DNA of 58,824 bases from Telluria sp. (lineage in GTDB: Bacteria > Pseudomonadota > Gammaproteobacteria > Burkholderiales > Burkholderiaceae_D), in contig DASWYE010000055.1 in assembly GCA_036405115.1 (NCBI GenBank), positions 1-58,824 of the forward strand, in the 5' to 3' direction. The position numbers and the translations under genes are program-made. How positions within the stretch are numbered: the stretch's first letter is position 1; each line of letters starts with the position of its first letter. Under the pieces are notes generated by a model. The model was not told the DNA's origin, searched no databases, and saw nothing but the letters and a program-made list of their open reading frames with translations. Shown here piece after piece: positions 47,744-58,824 of the stretch.

Positions 47744-49045
47744 ATGGCTGACCTGAGCATCGATTTTTGCGGCATCAAGTCTCCCAACCCGTTCTGGCTG
47801 GCGTCCGCGCCGCCAACCGACAAGGCCTACAACGTGGTGCGCGCCTTCGAGGCGGGGTGGGGCGGGGTGGTCTGGAAAACGCTGGGCGAGGACCCGCCGG
47901 CAGTCAACGTGTCGTCACGCTACTCCGCGCATTACGGGAAGAACCGCGAGGTGCTCGGCTTTAATAACATCGAGCTGATCACCGACCGCAGCCTGCAAAT
48001 CAACCTGGACGAGATCACGCAGGTCAAGAAGGACTGGCCTGACCGCGCGCTGGTCGTCTCGCTGATGCTGCCGTGCGAAGAACACCAGTGGGCCGGCATC
48101 CTGCCACTGATAGAGGCGACCGGTGCGGATGGCATCGAACTGAATTTCGGCTGCCCGCACGGGATGCCGGAGCGCGGCATGGGTGCAGCCGTGGGCCAGG
48201 TGCCGGAATACGTGGAGATGGTGACGCGCTGGTGCAAGTCACACACGCGCCTGCCGGTGATCGTCAAGCTCACCCCCAACATCACCGACGTGCGCATGCC
48301 CGCGCGCGCCGCCATGGCCGGGGGCGCCGATGCGGTCTCGCTGATCAACACAATCAACTCGATCACGCACCTGGACCTGGACCGCATGGTCGCGTTCCCG
48401 GCGGTGGGTAACGCCAGCACGCACGGCGGCTATTGCGGCTCCGCGGTCAAGCCGATCGCGCTCAACATGGTGGCCGAGATCGCGCGCGATCCGCTGACTG
48501 CGCGGCTGCCGATCTCCGGCATCGGCGGCATTGGCAACTGGCGCGACGCGGCCGAGTTCATCGCGCTTGGCGCAGGCTCGGTGCAGGTGTGCACGGCCGC
48601 CATGCTGCACGGTTTCCGCATCGTCGAGGAGATGAAGGACGGCCTGTCGCGCTGGATGGACGCGCAGGGCTACCGCAGCATCGCCGACTTCGCGCGCAAG
48701 GCAGTGCCCAACACCACCGACTGGAAATACCTGGACATGAACTACCAGGTGATCGCGCACATCGACCAGGACAAGTGCATCAAGTGCGGCAAGTGCTACA
48801 TCGCCTGCGAGGATACCTCGCACCAGGCCATCGCCAAACTGGATGCTGCCGGCGCGCGCACCTACAGCGTGATCGACGCCGAATGCGTGGGCTGCAACCT
48901 GTGCGAGATCACGTGCCCGGTAGAGGGCTGCATCACCATGGTGCCGCAGCAGTCCGGCAAGCCTTATATGAACTGGCTGCAGGACCCGCGCAACCCGCGC
49001 GGCGAATCACGTTTGACCGGGGCCGAAGCCGCCGATACACTCTGA
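47744..49045 (+). CDS. preA: Dihydropyrimidine dehydrogenase FMN subunit
   Basis: NPFWLASAPPT, NNIELI, ELNFGCPHGM, VKLTPN and two C-terminal 4Fe-4S motifs. Confidence 0.96.
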   Translation: MADLSIDFCGIKSPNPFWLASAPPTDKAYNVVRAFEAGWGGVVWKTLGEDPPAVNVSSRYSAHYGKNREVLGFNNIELITDRSLQINLDEITQVKKDWPDRALVVSLMLPCEEHQWAGILPLIEATGADGIELNFGCPHGMPERGMGAAVGQVPEYVEMVTRWCKSHTRLPVIVKLTPNITDVRMPARAAMAGGADAVSLINTINSITHLDLDRMVAFPAVGNASTHGGYCGSAVKPIALNMVAEIARDPLTARLPISGIGGIGNWRDAAEFIALGAGSVQVCTAAMLHGFRIVEEMKDGLSRWMDAQGYRSIADFARKAVPNTTDWKYLDMNYQVIAHIDQDKCIKCGKCYIACEDTSHQAIAKLDAAGARTYSVIDAECVGCNLCEITCPVEGCITMVPQQSGKPYMNWLQDPRNPRGESRLTGAEAADTL

Positions 49046-49073
49046 CAGCCTTCACCCCGAACGGAGACAGCAC

Positions 49074-51963
<2,890 letters not shown>

Positions 51964-52004
51964 GCAGGGCGCACATCAACCGGGTTTGCAGCGGGGAGGA
52001 GAGC

Positions 52005-53246
52005 ATGAACGAACTACGCATCAACGGCGAGCGGCTGTGGTCATCGCTGATGGAGCTGGCGCAGATCGGCGCCACGCCCAAGGGCGGCGTCAAGCGCCTG
52101 ACGCTGACGGACCTGGACCGGCAGGGCAGGGACCTGGTCACCGCCTGGGCGCGCGAGGCCGGGATGAGCGTGACGGTGGACCAGATCGGCAACGTGTTCA
52201 TGCGCCGCGAAGGCAGCAACCCGTCGCTGCCACCGGTGATGACCGGCAGTCATATCGACACACAGCCGACCGGCGGCAAGTTTGATGGCAATTACGGCGT
52301 GCTGGCCGGGATCGAGGTCGTGCGCACGCTGAACGACCTCGGGATCAGGACCGAGGCGCCGATCGAGGTCGCGTTCTGGACCAACGAGGAGGGATCGCGC
52401 TTCGTGCCGGTGATGATGGGATCGGGTGTGTTTTGCGGCGCGTTCACGCTGGAACATGCGTACGCCGCGAAGGACGTCGAGGGCAAGACCGTGCGCGAGG
52501 AGCTGGAGCGCATCGGCTACCTGGGCGACGAAGTGCCGGGCCAGCATCCGATCGGTGCGTACTTCGAGACGCACATCGAACAGGGACCGGTGCTGGAGGA
52601 CGAAGGCAAGGTAATTGGCGTAGTGCCTGCGGTGATGGGCCTGTCGTGGTACGACTGCACCGTTGGCGGCATGGAAGCGCACGCCGGACCGACACCGATG
52701 CACCTGCGCCGCGACGCCCTGCAGGTCGCCACGAAGATCATGCAGGAAGTGGTCGCCATCGCGAACCGCTATCCGCCGTATGGTCGTGGCACGGTCGGCA
52801 TGGTGCAGGTCTTCCCCAACAGCCGTAACGTCATACCGGGTCAGGTCAAATTCAGCATCGACCTGCGCAACGTGAACGACGAACTGCTGAACCGCATGCA
52901 CCAGGACATGCTGGCGTTTATCGACAGGACGCGTGGCGAGAGCGGGCTATCGATCGACATCGAGCGGGTCTCGTACTACCCGCCATGTCCGTTCCACCCT
53001 GACTGCGTGGGCGCGGTGCGCAAGGCGACCGAAAAGCTGGGATATTCGACCATGGACGTGGTGTCGGGCGCGGGGCATGACGCCATCTATGCCGCGCGGG
53101 TGGCGCCGGCGGGCATGATCTTCGTCCCGTGCAAGGACGGCATCAGCCACAACGAGATCGAAGATGCCAAGCCGGAGCACCTTGAAGCCGGCTGCAACGT
53201 CCTGCTGCACGCCATGCTCGAACGCGCAACAGTCGTCCCCGGCTAA
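52005..53246 (+). CDS. Beta-ureidopropionase / N-carbamoyl-amino-acid hydrolase (M20)
   Basis: GSHIDTQPTGGKFDG, WTNEEGSRF, HIEQGP, HAGPTPM, SGAGHDA and GISHN; GGAGG RBS before ATG 52005. Confidence 0.92.
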   Translation: MNELRINGERLWSSLMELAQIGATPKGGVKRLTLTDLDRQGRDLVTAWAREAGMSVTVDQIGNVFMRREGSNPSLPPVMTGSHIDTQPTGGKFDGNYGVLAGIEVVRTLNDLGIRTEAPIEVAFWTNEEGSRFVPVMMGSGVFCGAFTLEHAYAAKDVEGKTVREELERIGYLGDEVPGQHPIGAYFETHIEQGPVLEDEGKVIGVVPAVMGLSWYDCTVGGMEAHAGPTPMHLRRDALQVATKIMQEVVAIANRYPPYGRGTVGMVQVFPNSRNVIPGQVKFSIDLRNVNDELLNRMHQDMLAFIDRTRGESGLSIDIERVSYYPPCPFHPDCVGAVRKATEKLGYSTMDVVSGAGHDAIYAARVAPAGMIFVPCKDGISHNEIEDAKPEHLEAGCNVLLHAMLERATVVPG

Positions 53247-53260
53247 CCCGTCAGCGAACT

Positions 53261-53325
53261 CGTCATCCCCTCGAACGCGATTGGGGTCGTCCCCGTTTTC
53301 CCCCGAACGCGGGGACCCATGCTGA
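53261..53325 (+). repeat. Degenerate tandem CGTC-type REP units
   Basis: CGTCATCCCCTCGAACGCGATTGGGGTC followed by CGTTTTCCCCCGAACGCGGGGACCCATGCTGA. Confidence 0.75.
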
Positions 53326-53359
53326 ATGACCGAAGTCCCCCGTGCATTTGTCATCGGTA

Positions 53360-55126
53360 TCAAGCCTGGGACCTGAAGCTGCGCAGGAAATCAAGCATCA
53401 CCCGCGCCGCGACATCCGCATCGTCCGCCGTCATCGTCTCCAGGGGATTGTGACTGATGCCGCCATTGCCGCAGCGCGTGAACAGCATCGCCACATCCGT
53501 GATCGACGCCATCGCCATCGCATCGTGTCCGGCGCCCGACAGCAGATCGTAGCGCGGCAGGCCCGCACGTACTACGGCCCCGCCCAGCTGGTCCATCAGC
53601 CACGGTGCACAAGGCGCAGCATCCGCCGCCACGATCTGCTGCACCGACGCCTCGACGCCGCGGCGCGCGCCAATCTCCGCGATTCCTTCAAGGATGTCCG
53701 TGACTGCCGCCGCGCGAACGGCATCGTCGGCCGCGCGAATATCGAGCGACAGCGCGCACCGCCCCGGGATCACGTTGACCGAACCCCCGGGCACTTCCAG
53801 CTGGCCCACTGTCCCGACCAGCGATGGCTGCCCCGCGCAGCGGCGCTCGACCAGCAGCACGATCTCCGCCGCAGCGGCCGCCGCATCGCGACGCATGTGC
53901 ATCGGCGTCGTGCCTGCGTGGCTGGCTACACCCGCCAGTTCAACGAGGAAGCGCGAACTGCCGGCGATTGCCGTCACCACGCCCAACGCCAGTCCCTGCT
54001 CGAGCAGCACCGGTCCCTGCTCGATGTGCACCTCCACGAACGCCAACAGGTCCTCCTTGCGGCGCGCAATCTGCGGAATGCGTGCAGGGTCGAAGCCGGC
54101 TGACGCGATCGCATCGCGCATCGTCACGCCGGCCGCATCGTTCTGGTCCAGCAAGGTCATGTCGAATCGTCCGGTGACCGCATTACTGCCCAGGAAAGTG
54201 CTCTTGAACCGCACGCCTTCCTCTTCCGCGAATGCCACCACCTCAAAATGGAAGGGCAAGCGTTCGCCGCGCTCGTGCAGGTGGCGCGCCACCGCGATGG
54301 GCAGCGCGATACCGAGCCGGCCATCGTATTTGCCGCCGTTGCGGACCGTATCGTAGTGCGATCCGGTCATCAGCGTCTTCGCACCGGGATCCGCGCTCGC
54401 GTAGCGTCCCACCACATTGCCCACATCGTCCGTGTGTACCTCCATCCCCGCGTCGCTCATCCACTCCGCGATCCGCTGCGCGGTGCGGCGATGCGCCGGC
54501 GTCATGTACGCGCAGGTGAGGCCCTCGTCCGAATCGCTCCAGGCGCCGATCTCCTCCAGCTGGCGCATGATGCGCGGCCCGAACTCCAGCTGCACGCCGA
54601 GCAGCTCATTGAGCCGGATCTCGGCGATGCGGTGCACCTGGCGCAGGCACTCGGCCATCTCGTCCTGCGGCCGGTTGCGCAGGCGCCGCGTAAAAGTCGC
54701 GATCACCTGCTCGCGCGTCAGTCCATCGCCGGTTGGCCCCTTGACCGCCAGGATGAACGCAAACCCGAACTTCGCGTTGTACTCGCCGTTAAGCCGCTGG
54801 AGCGTCGCAAACTCCTCCGGGCTGCACCTGTTCAGCCCCGACTTCGCCTGCTCCCCGGTCGACTCCTGCGTCAGCTCGCCCGCGATTGCCGCGCGCCCGG
54901 CCAGTTCCGGATGCGCCCGCAGCAACCCTAGTTGCTCTTCCCGCGTTGCGCGTGCCACCACCTCCTGCAGCGCCAGCTTCAGCGACGCCAGCGTCGCGAA
55001 GGGCCGCGCCTGCGCCGCCCGCTCCGGAATCCACGGCGAATGCTCATAAATCCCGTTCAGGCGCGCCACAAACGCCGGCGTATCAAGTTGGTTCAGTTCG
55101 GTCAAAGTAGTCATAGCACGAATCAT
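53360..55126 (-). CDS. uraD: OHCU decarboxylase (UraD) fused to allantoate amidohydrolase
   Basis: The N-terminus has YEHSPW, RAHPELAG, EQAKSGL, YNAKFGFAFI and IAEIRL. The C-terminus has GSHYDTVRNGGKYDG, EEEGVRF, HIEQGP, SGAGHDA and GGISHNP. Confidence 0.92.
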   Translation of the reverse strand: MIRAMTTLTELNQLDTPAFVARLNGIYEHSPWIPERAAQARPFATLASLKLALQEVVARATREEQLGLLRAHPELAGRAAIAGELTQESTGEQAKSGLNRCSPEEFATLQRLNGEYNAKFGFAFILAVKGPTGDGLTREQVIATFTRRLRNRPQDEMAECLRQVHRIAEIRLNELLGVQLEFGPRIMRQLEEIGAWSDSDEGLTCAYMTPAHRRTAQRIAEWMSDAGMEVHTDDVGNVVGRYASADPGAKTLMTGSHYDTVRNGGKYDGRLGIALPIAVARHLHERGERLPFHFEVVAFAEEEGVRFKSTFLGSNAVTGRFDMTLLDQNDAAGVTMRDAIASAGFDPARIPQIARRKEDLLAFVEVHIEQGPVLLEQGLALGVVTAIAGSSRFLVELAGVASHAGTTPMHMRRDAAAAAAEIVLLVERRCAGQPSLVGTVGQLEVPGGSVNVIPGRCALSLDIRAADDAVRAAAVTDILEGIAEIGARRGVEASVQQIVAADAAPCAPWLMDQLGGAVVRAGLPRYDLLSGAGHDAMAMASITDVAMLFTRCGNGGISHNPLETMTADDADVAARVMLDFLRSFRSQA

Positions 55127-55174
55127 ATATCTCCCTCGTCCTCCCCATATAAGCCCCCCGATATACCTGATCTA

Positions 55175-55419
55175 CATCAACCACGGGGTCAGGTCACGTT
55201 TCCCCTTGGGGTCAGGCACCTTCACTGCTGAGCTGGTGTCAGGTCACCGGCGCGTATCCCGCTACTTTGCCGCCTCTGGAGCGCGTCGAGAGCCGATTCC
55301 GATACCCGATCCCGTCAAAAACCCGGCCGAACCCTGCGCTGCATCAACCGTGGGGTCAGGCCTCGATTCCCCTTGGGGTCAGGCACCTGCGGGAGGGGCG
55401 GGTGCCTGACCCCAAGGGG
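55175..55419. repeat. Cluster of GGGGTCAGG elements: a 47-bp direct repeat plus a 19-bp-stem hairpin
   Basis: 55175-55221 and 55342-55388 match at 42/47 positions. CCCCTTGGGGTCAGGCACC...GGTGCCTGACCCCAAGGGG forms a hairpin at 55369-55419. Confidence 0.85.
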
Positions 55420-55423
55420 GGTG

Positions 55424-56362
55424 TTACGGGTGGGTAAGTGCAGCGGCGGTGGCACTGACCTGGTCGCGCAGCCACTTGTGCTCCGGCGCGGAATGCACGC
55501 GCTCGTGCCACAGCTGGTAGAAGCGCATCGGCGGGAAGCGCACCGGTACCGTAAACGTCTTTAGCGGCAGCGTCTTTTCGTAGGAGCGGATGAACTGGCG
55601 CCCGGTCGTCAGCACGAGGTTGGTTTGCGTGAGCATGTGGGGGATCAGGCCAAAATATGCCGATTCGACGGCGACGTTGCGACGCAGTCCCTGGCGCTCG
55701 AGGAAGGTGTCGATCACGCCGTGGTAGCCCGGCAGGATCTGCGAGGGGGCGACGTGCGGCAGCGAGAGGTAGTCGGCCAGCGTCATGGCGTCGGCCCTGG
55801 TGCGCCGCGCGTACGGGCAGTCGGCGCGCATGGTGCATACGATCGGGTCTTCGAACAGTTTGGAGATGTGCAGGTGCGCCGGCGGTTCGTCCCAGTTGGC
55901 GATGACGAGGTCCAGCTCGCCGTCCGACAGCATGCGGTTGTAGTCGACACCCGGCCCCAGCGAGTGGATGACGATGCGGCTGCGCGGCGATCCACGCCGC
56001 AGCGCGGCCACGACGTTGGGCAGGAACTGGCTGTCCAGGTAGTCGGGCGCGGCGATGTGGAAGCTGCGCTCTTCCTCCTCCGGCACGAACGGAGTCTTCT
56101 TGACGAACAGCGCTTCGGTCTCGTCCAGGATGCGCTTGGCCGGCTTGAGCAGGCTTTCGCCGTGCTGCGTCGGCACCATGCCGCGCGCGCCGCGCACCAG
56201 CAGCGGGTCGCCGGTCAGTTCGCGCAGCTTGCGCAGCGAGGCGGAAATCGAGGGCTGCGGCTGGTTCAGCTTGAGCGCGACGCGCGAGACGTTCTTCTCC
56301 ACCAGCAGCAGGTACAGGATGCGGATCAGGTGCAGGTCGAGGTGCTGGGGCAGGCTGGCCAT
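55424..56362 (-). CDS. LysR-family regulator (NodD/LeuO-like), probable urate-catabolism regulator
   Basis: LDLHLIR, QPQPSISASLRKLR, DPLLVRG and WHERVH; divergent from puuD. Confidence 0.92.
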   Translation of the reverse strand: MASLPQHLDLHLIRILYLLLVEKNVSRVALKLNQPQPSISASLRKLRELTGDPLLVRGARGMVPTQHGESLLKPAKRILDETEALFVKKTPFVPEEEERSFHIAAPDYLDSQFLPNVVAALRRGSPRSRIVIHSLGPGVDYNRMLSDGELDLVIANWDEPPAHLHISKLFEDPIVCTMRADCPYARRTRADAMTLADYLSLPHVAPSQILPGYHGVIDTFLERQGLRRNVAVESAYFGLIPHMLTQTNLVLTTGRQFIRSYEKTLPLKTFTVPVRFPPMRFYQLWHERVHSAPEHKWLRDQVSATAAALTHP

Positions 56363-56470
56363 TCGGATGAATATATGAGATTCGGTATGTCGAATATACG
56401 CGATTTTTCATGTTGTGCGAATGGCATTCGCGCTATCGTCGGACAATTCGCGTAACTCTGCCCGCCCCCG

Positions 56471-57685
56471 ATGGAATACCTGATCCCCTATGCCCTGGAG
56501 TGGCTGAACCTCCTTTTTCGCTGGCTCCACATCATTACGGGCATCGCCTGGATCGGCGCGTCGTTCTATTTCGTCTGGCTCGATAATTCGATCCGACCGC
56601 CGGCGCCCGGTTCGGACCTGGCGCAGAAGGGCGTGTCCGGCGAGCTGTGGGCCGTCCACGGCGGCGGCTTCTACAACCCGCAGAAGTACCTGGTCGCACC
56701 CGCGCAGCTGCCGAAGGAGCTCCACTGGTTCAAGTGGGAAGCCTATTCGACCTGGCTGTCCGGCTTCGCGCTGCTGTTCATCGTGTACTACTTCAATGCA
56801 CAGGCGATGATGGTGGACCGCTCGGTCGCGGACCTCTCCAGCCTGCAGGCCAACGCGATCGGCCTTGGCAGCCTGCTGGTCGGCTGGGTGGTGTACGACC
56901 TGCTGTGCCGCTCGCCGCTCGGCAAGCACGACCTGGCGTTCGGCGCGGTGATCTTCGGCTTCCTGCTCGCCAGCGCCTGGGTGCTCACCCATTACCTGAG
57001 CGGCCGCGCGGCCTTCATCCACGTCGGCGCGATGATCGGCACGATGATGGTCGGGAATGTGCTCATGCTGATCATCCCCGGCCAGCGCAAGATGGTCGAT
57101 GCGATGATGGCCGGCCGGAAGCCGGACCCGGTCCACGGCATCAAGGCCAAGCAGCGCAGCGTGCATAACAATTACTTTACGCTGCCGGTGCTGTTCATCA
57201 TGATCAGCAATCACTTCGCGATGACCTATCGCCATCCGCACGCCTGGGCGATCCTCGGCACGATCATGCTGGCCGGTGTGCTGATCCGTCACTTCTTCAA
57301 CCTGCGTCACAAGGGCCGCGTGGAGTGGAGGTATCCGGCGGCCGGCGTGGCGCTGCTGCTCGCGCTGGCAGTGCTGCTGGCGCCGTCGCCGCCGCAGGCC
57401 ACCGCTGCGGTCGGCGACAACGCTGCGCAGTTCGCCCAAGTCCGGCAGATCGTCACGCAGCGCTGCGTGTCCTGCCATTCGGACCAGCCCACCCAGCCCG
57501 GCTTCGCCGCGGCGCCTTCCGGCGTGATGCTCCATACGCCCGAGCAGATCGCGCAGAACGCACAACGCATCTATCAACAGACAGTACAACTCAAGGCGAT
57601 GCCGCTGGCGAACCTCACCAACATGACCGACGCTGAACGCGCGCAGCTGGCCGCGTGGTACGAAGCAGGAGCGAAACAGGAATGA
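56471..57685 (+). CDS. puuD: Membrane urate hydroxylase with a C-terminal cytochrome c domain
   Basis: RWLHII...WIGASFYF, WAVHGGGFY, WFKWEAY, IIPGQRK, RSVHNNYFTLP and the heme motif CVSCH. Confidence 0.95.
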   Translation: MEYLIPYALEWLNLLFRWLHIITGIAWIGASFYFVWLDNSIRPPAPGSDLAQKGVSGELWAVHGGGFYNPQKYLVAPAQLPKELHWFKWEAYSTWLSGFALLFIVYYFNAQAMMVDRSVADLSSLQANAIGLGSLLVGWVVYDLLCRSPLGKHDLAFGAVIFGFLLASAWVLTHYLSGRAAFIHVGAMIGTMMVGNVLMLIIPGQRKMVDAMMAGRKPDPVHGIKAKQRSVHNNYFTLPVLFIMISNHFAMTYRHPHAWAILGTIMLAGVLIRHFFNLRHKGRVEWRYPAAGVALLLALAVLLAPSPPQATAAVGDNAAQFAQVRQIVTQRCVSCHSDQPTQPGFAAAPSGVMLHTPEQIAQNAQRIYQQTVQLKAMPLANLTNMTDAERAQLAAWYEAGAKQE

Positions 57686-58824
57686 CACACAAGGAACAGC
57701 TGGCGCAGTGGATCGACACGCACTTCGATGAGGAGGTGGCATTCCTCCGGGAGGTAATCCGCATTCCGACCGATACGCCGCCGGGGAACAACGCGCCCCA
57801 CGCGGACGCTGTCGCCGCCATGGTCGAAGCGTTCGGCTGGCACGCGGAGAAACACGCGGTGTCGCAGCAGCAGGTGCGCGACTACGGCATGGAGAGCATC
57901 ACCAACCTGGTGATCCGCCGTCCCTATAAAGAAGGCGGCCCGACCATCGCGCTCAACGCGCACGGTGACGTGGTGCCGCCAGGTGAAGGGTGGACCAAGC
58001 CTCCTTACGGCGGCGTGGTGGAGGACGGCTATATCTACGGCCGTGCCGCTGCAGTCTCCAAATGCGACTTCGCGACCTACATCTTCGCGGTGCGTGCGCT
58101 GGAGGCGCTCGGTGTGCCGCTGCGCGGCGGCCTCGAGCTGCACTTCACCTACGATGAGGAATTCGGCGGGCTGCTGGGCCCGGGCTGGCTCCTCTCGCAG
58201 AAGATCACGCGCCCGGATTTCGTGATCGCCGCAGGCTTCAGTTACAACATCGTCACCGCGCATAACGCCTGCCTGCAGCTCGAGATCAGGGTCAACGGCA
58301 AGTCCGGCCACGGCGCGATGCCGGAGACCGGGCACGATGCGCTGCAGGCCGCAACCCGGATCCTCAACGCGATCTACGGCGAGCTGCCGGAACTGAAGAA
58401 GATCAAGTCGAAGGTACCGGGAATCGATTCGCCAACCATGCTGGTGGGCCGCATCGATGGCGGCACCAATACCAACGTCGTCCCGGGGAAGGTGGTGATG
58501 AAAATGGATCGCCGCATGATCCCGGAAGAAGATCCGGTGGAAGTGGAAGCGCATGTGCGCAAACTGATTGAGGGTGCCGTGCACGGCCTGCCCGGCATCT
58601 CGATCGAGATCCGCCGCCTGCTTCTCTCCCACGCGCTGCGTCCCTTGCCTGGTCAGGAAAAGCTGGTTGCGCGCCTCCAGCAGAACGGCCGCGATGTAAT
58701 CGGCGAAGAGATCACGGCCCAGGGCACGCCGCTGTATGCGGACGCGCGCCTGTACGGTGACGCCGGCATCCCGGCGGTGCTGTATGGCGCCGGCCCGCGC
58801 ACGGTGCCCGAGTCGAACGCCAAG
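57682..58824 (+). CDS. M20 (ArgE/DapE-like) hydrolase with a non-canonical metal site, 3'-truncated by the window edge
   Basis: Absent from the ORF track because it has no stop in the window. Hand translation from ATG 57682 (ATGA overlap with puuD) gives PTDTPPGN, NAHGDVVP, YDEE, GGTNTNVVP, DRRMIP and YGAGP. Confidence 0.88.
   Translation, partial: MTHKEQLAQWIDTHFDEEVAFLREVIRIPTDTPPGNNAPHADAVAAMVEAFGWHAEKHAVSQQQVRDYGMESITNLVIRRPYKEGGPTIALNAHGDVVPPGEGWTKPPYGGVVEDGYIYGRAAAVSKCDFATYIFAVRALEALGVPLRGGLELHFTYDEEFGGLLGPGWLLSQKITRPDFVIAAGFSYNIVTAHNACLQLEIRVNGKSGHGAMPETGHDALQAATRILNAIYGELPELKKIKSKVPGIDSPTMLVGRIDGGTNTNVVPGKVVMKMDRRMIPEEDPVEVEAHVRKLIEGAVHGLPGISIEIRRLLLSHALRPLPGQEKLVARLQQNGRDVIGEEITAQGTPLYADARLYGDAGIPAVLYGAGPRTVPESNAK

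Noticed and set aside
56363-56410. LysR T-N11-A box between lysR and puuD
   Set aside because: The region is AT-rich with a GAATATA repeat, but I could not place a convincing dyad T-N11-A, so no site is called.

Overview
This is a GC-rich betaproteobacterial chromosome segment. Gene content and repeat types suggest Oxalobacteraceae (Massilia/Telluria-like), which is an inference. Almost all of the 59 kb is a nucleic-acid catabolism super-cluster. From left to right it holds: xdhABC-guaD plus a secreted ADA2-like adenosine deaminase; an Oar-type TonB-dependent transporter followed by a lipoprotein 5'-nucleotidase, a secreted PLD3/PLD4-like HKD enzyme and an S1/P1 nuclease (a candidate DNA/RNA utilisation locus); a BMP-type nucleoside ABC transporter led by a degenerate transaldolase; a second TonB-dependent transporter; psuK-psuG-xapR divergent from xapA-deoB-deoC-ALDH16-deoA-cdd; the full reductive pyrimidine pathway; and urate/allantoin genes (uraD-allantoate amidohydrolase fusion, LysR, puuD, an atypical M20 hydrolase). 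Two accessory blocks interrupt it: an ECF42/VOC/DGPF block, and a block of VOC genes, an orphan and a LytS/LytTR pair. Two REP-like palindrome families are present, and two copies supply the C-termini and stop codons of genes. I saw no rRNA, tRNA, CRISPR array or intact mobile element. All family calls come from motifs I recognised by eye; no database search was run.
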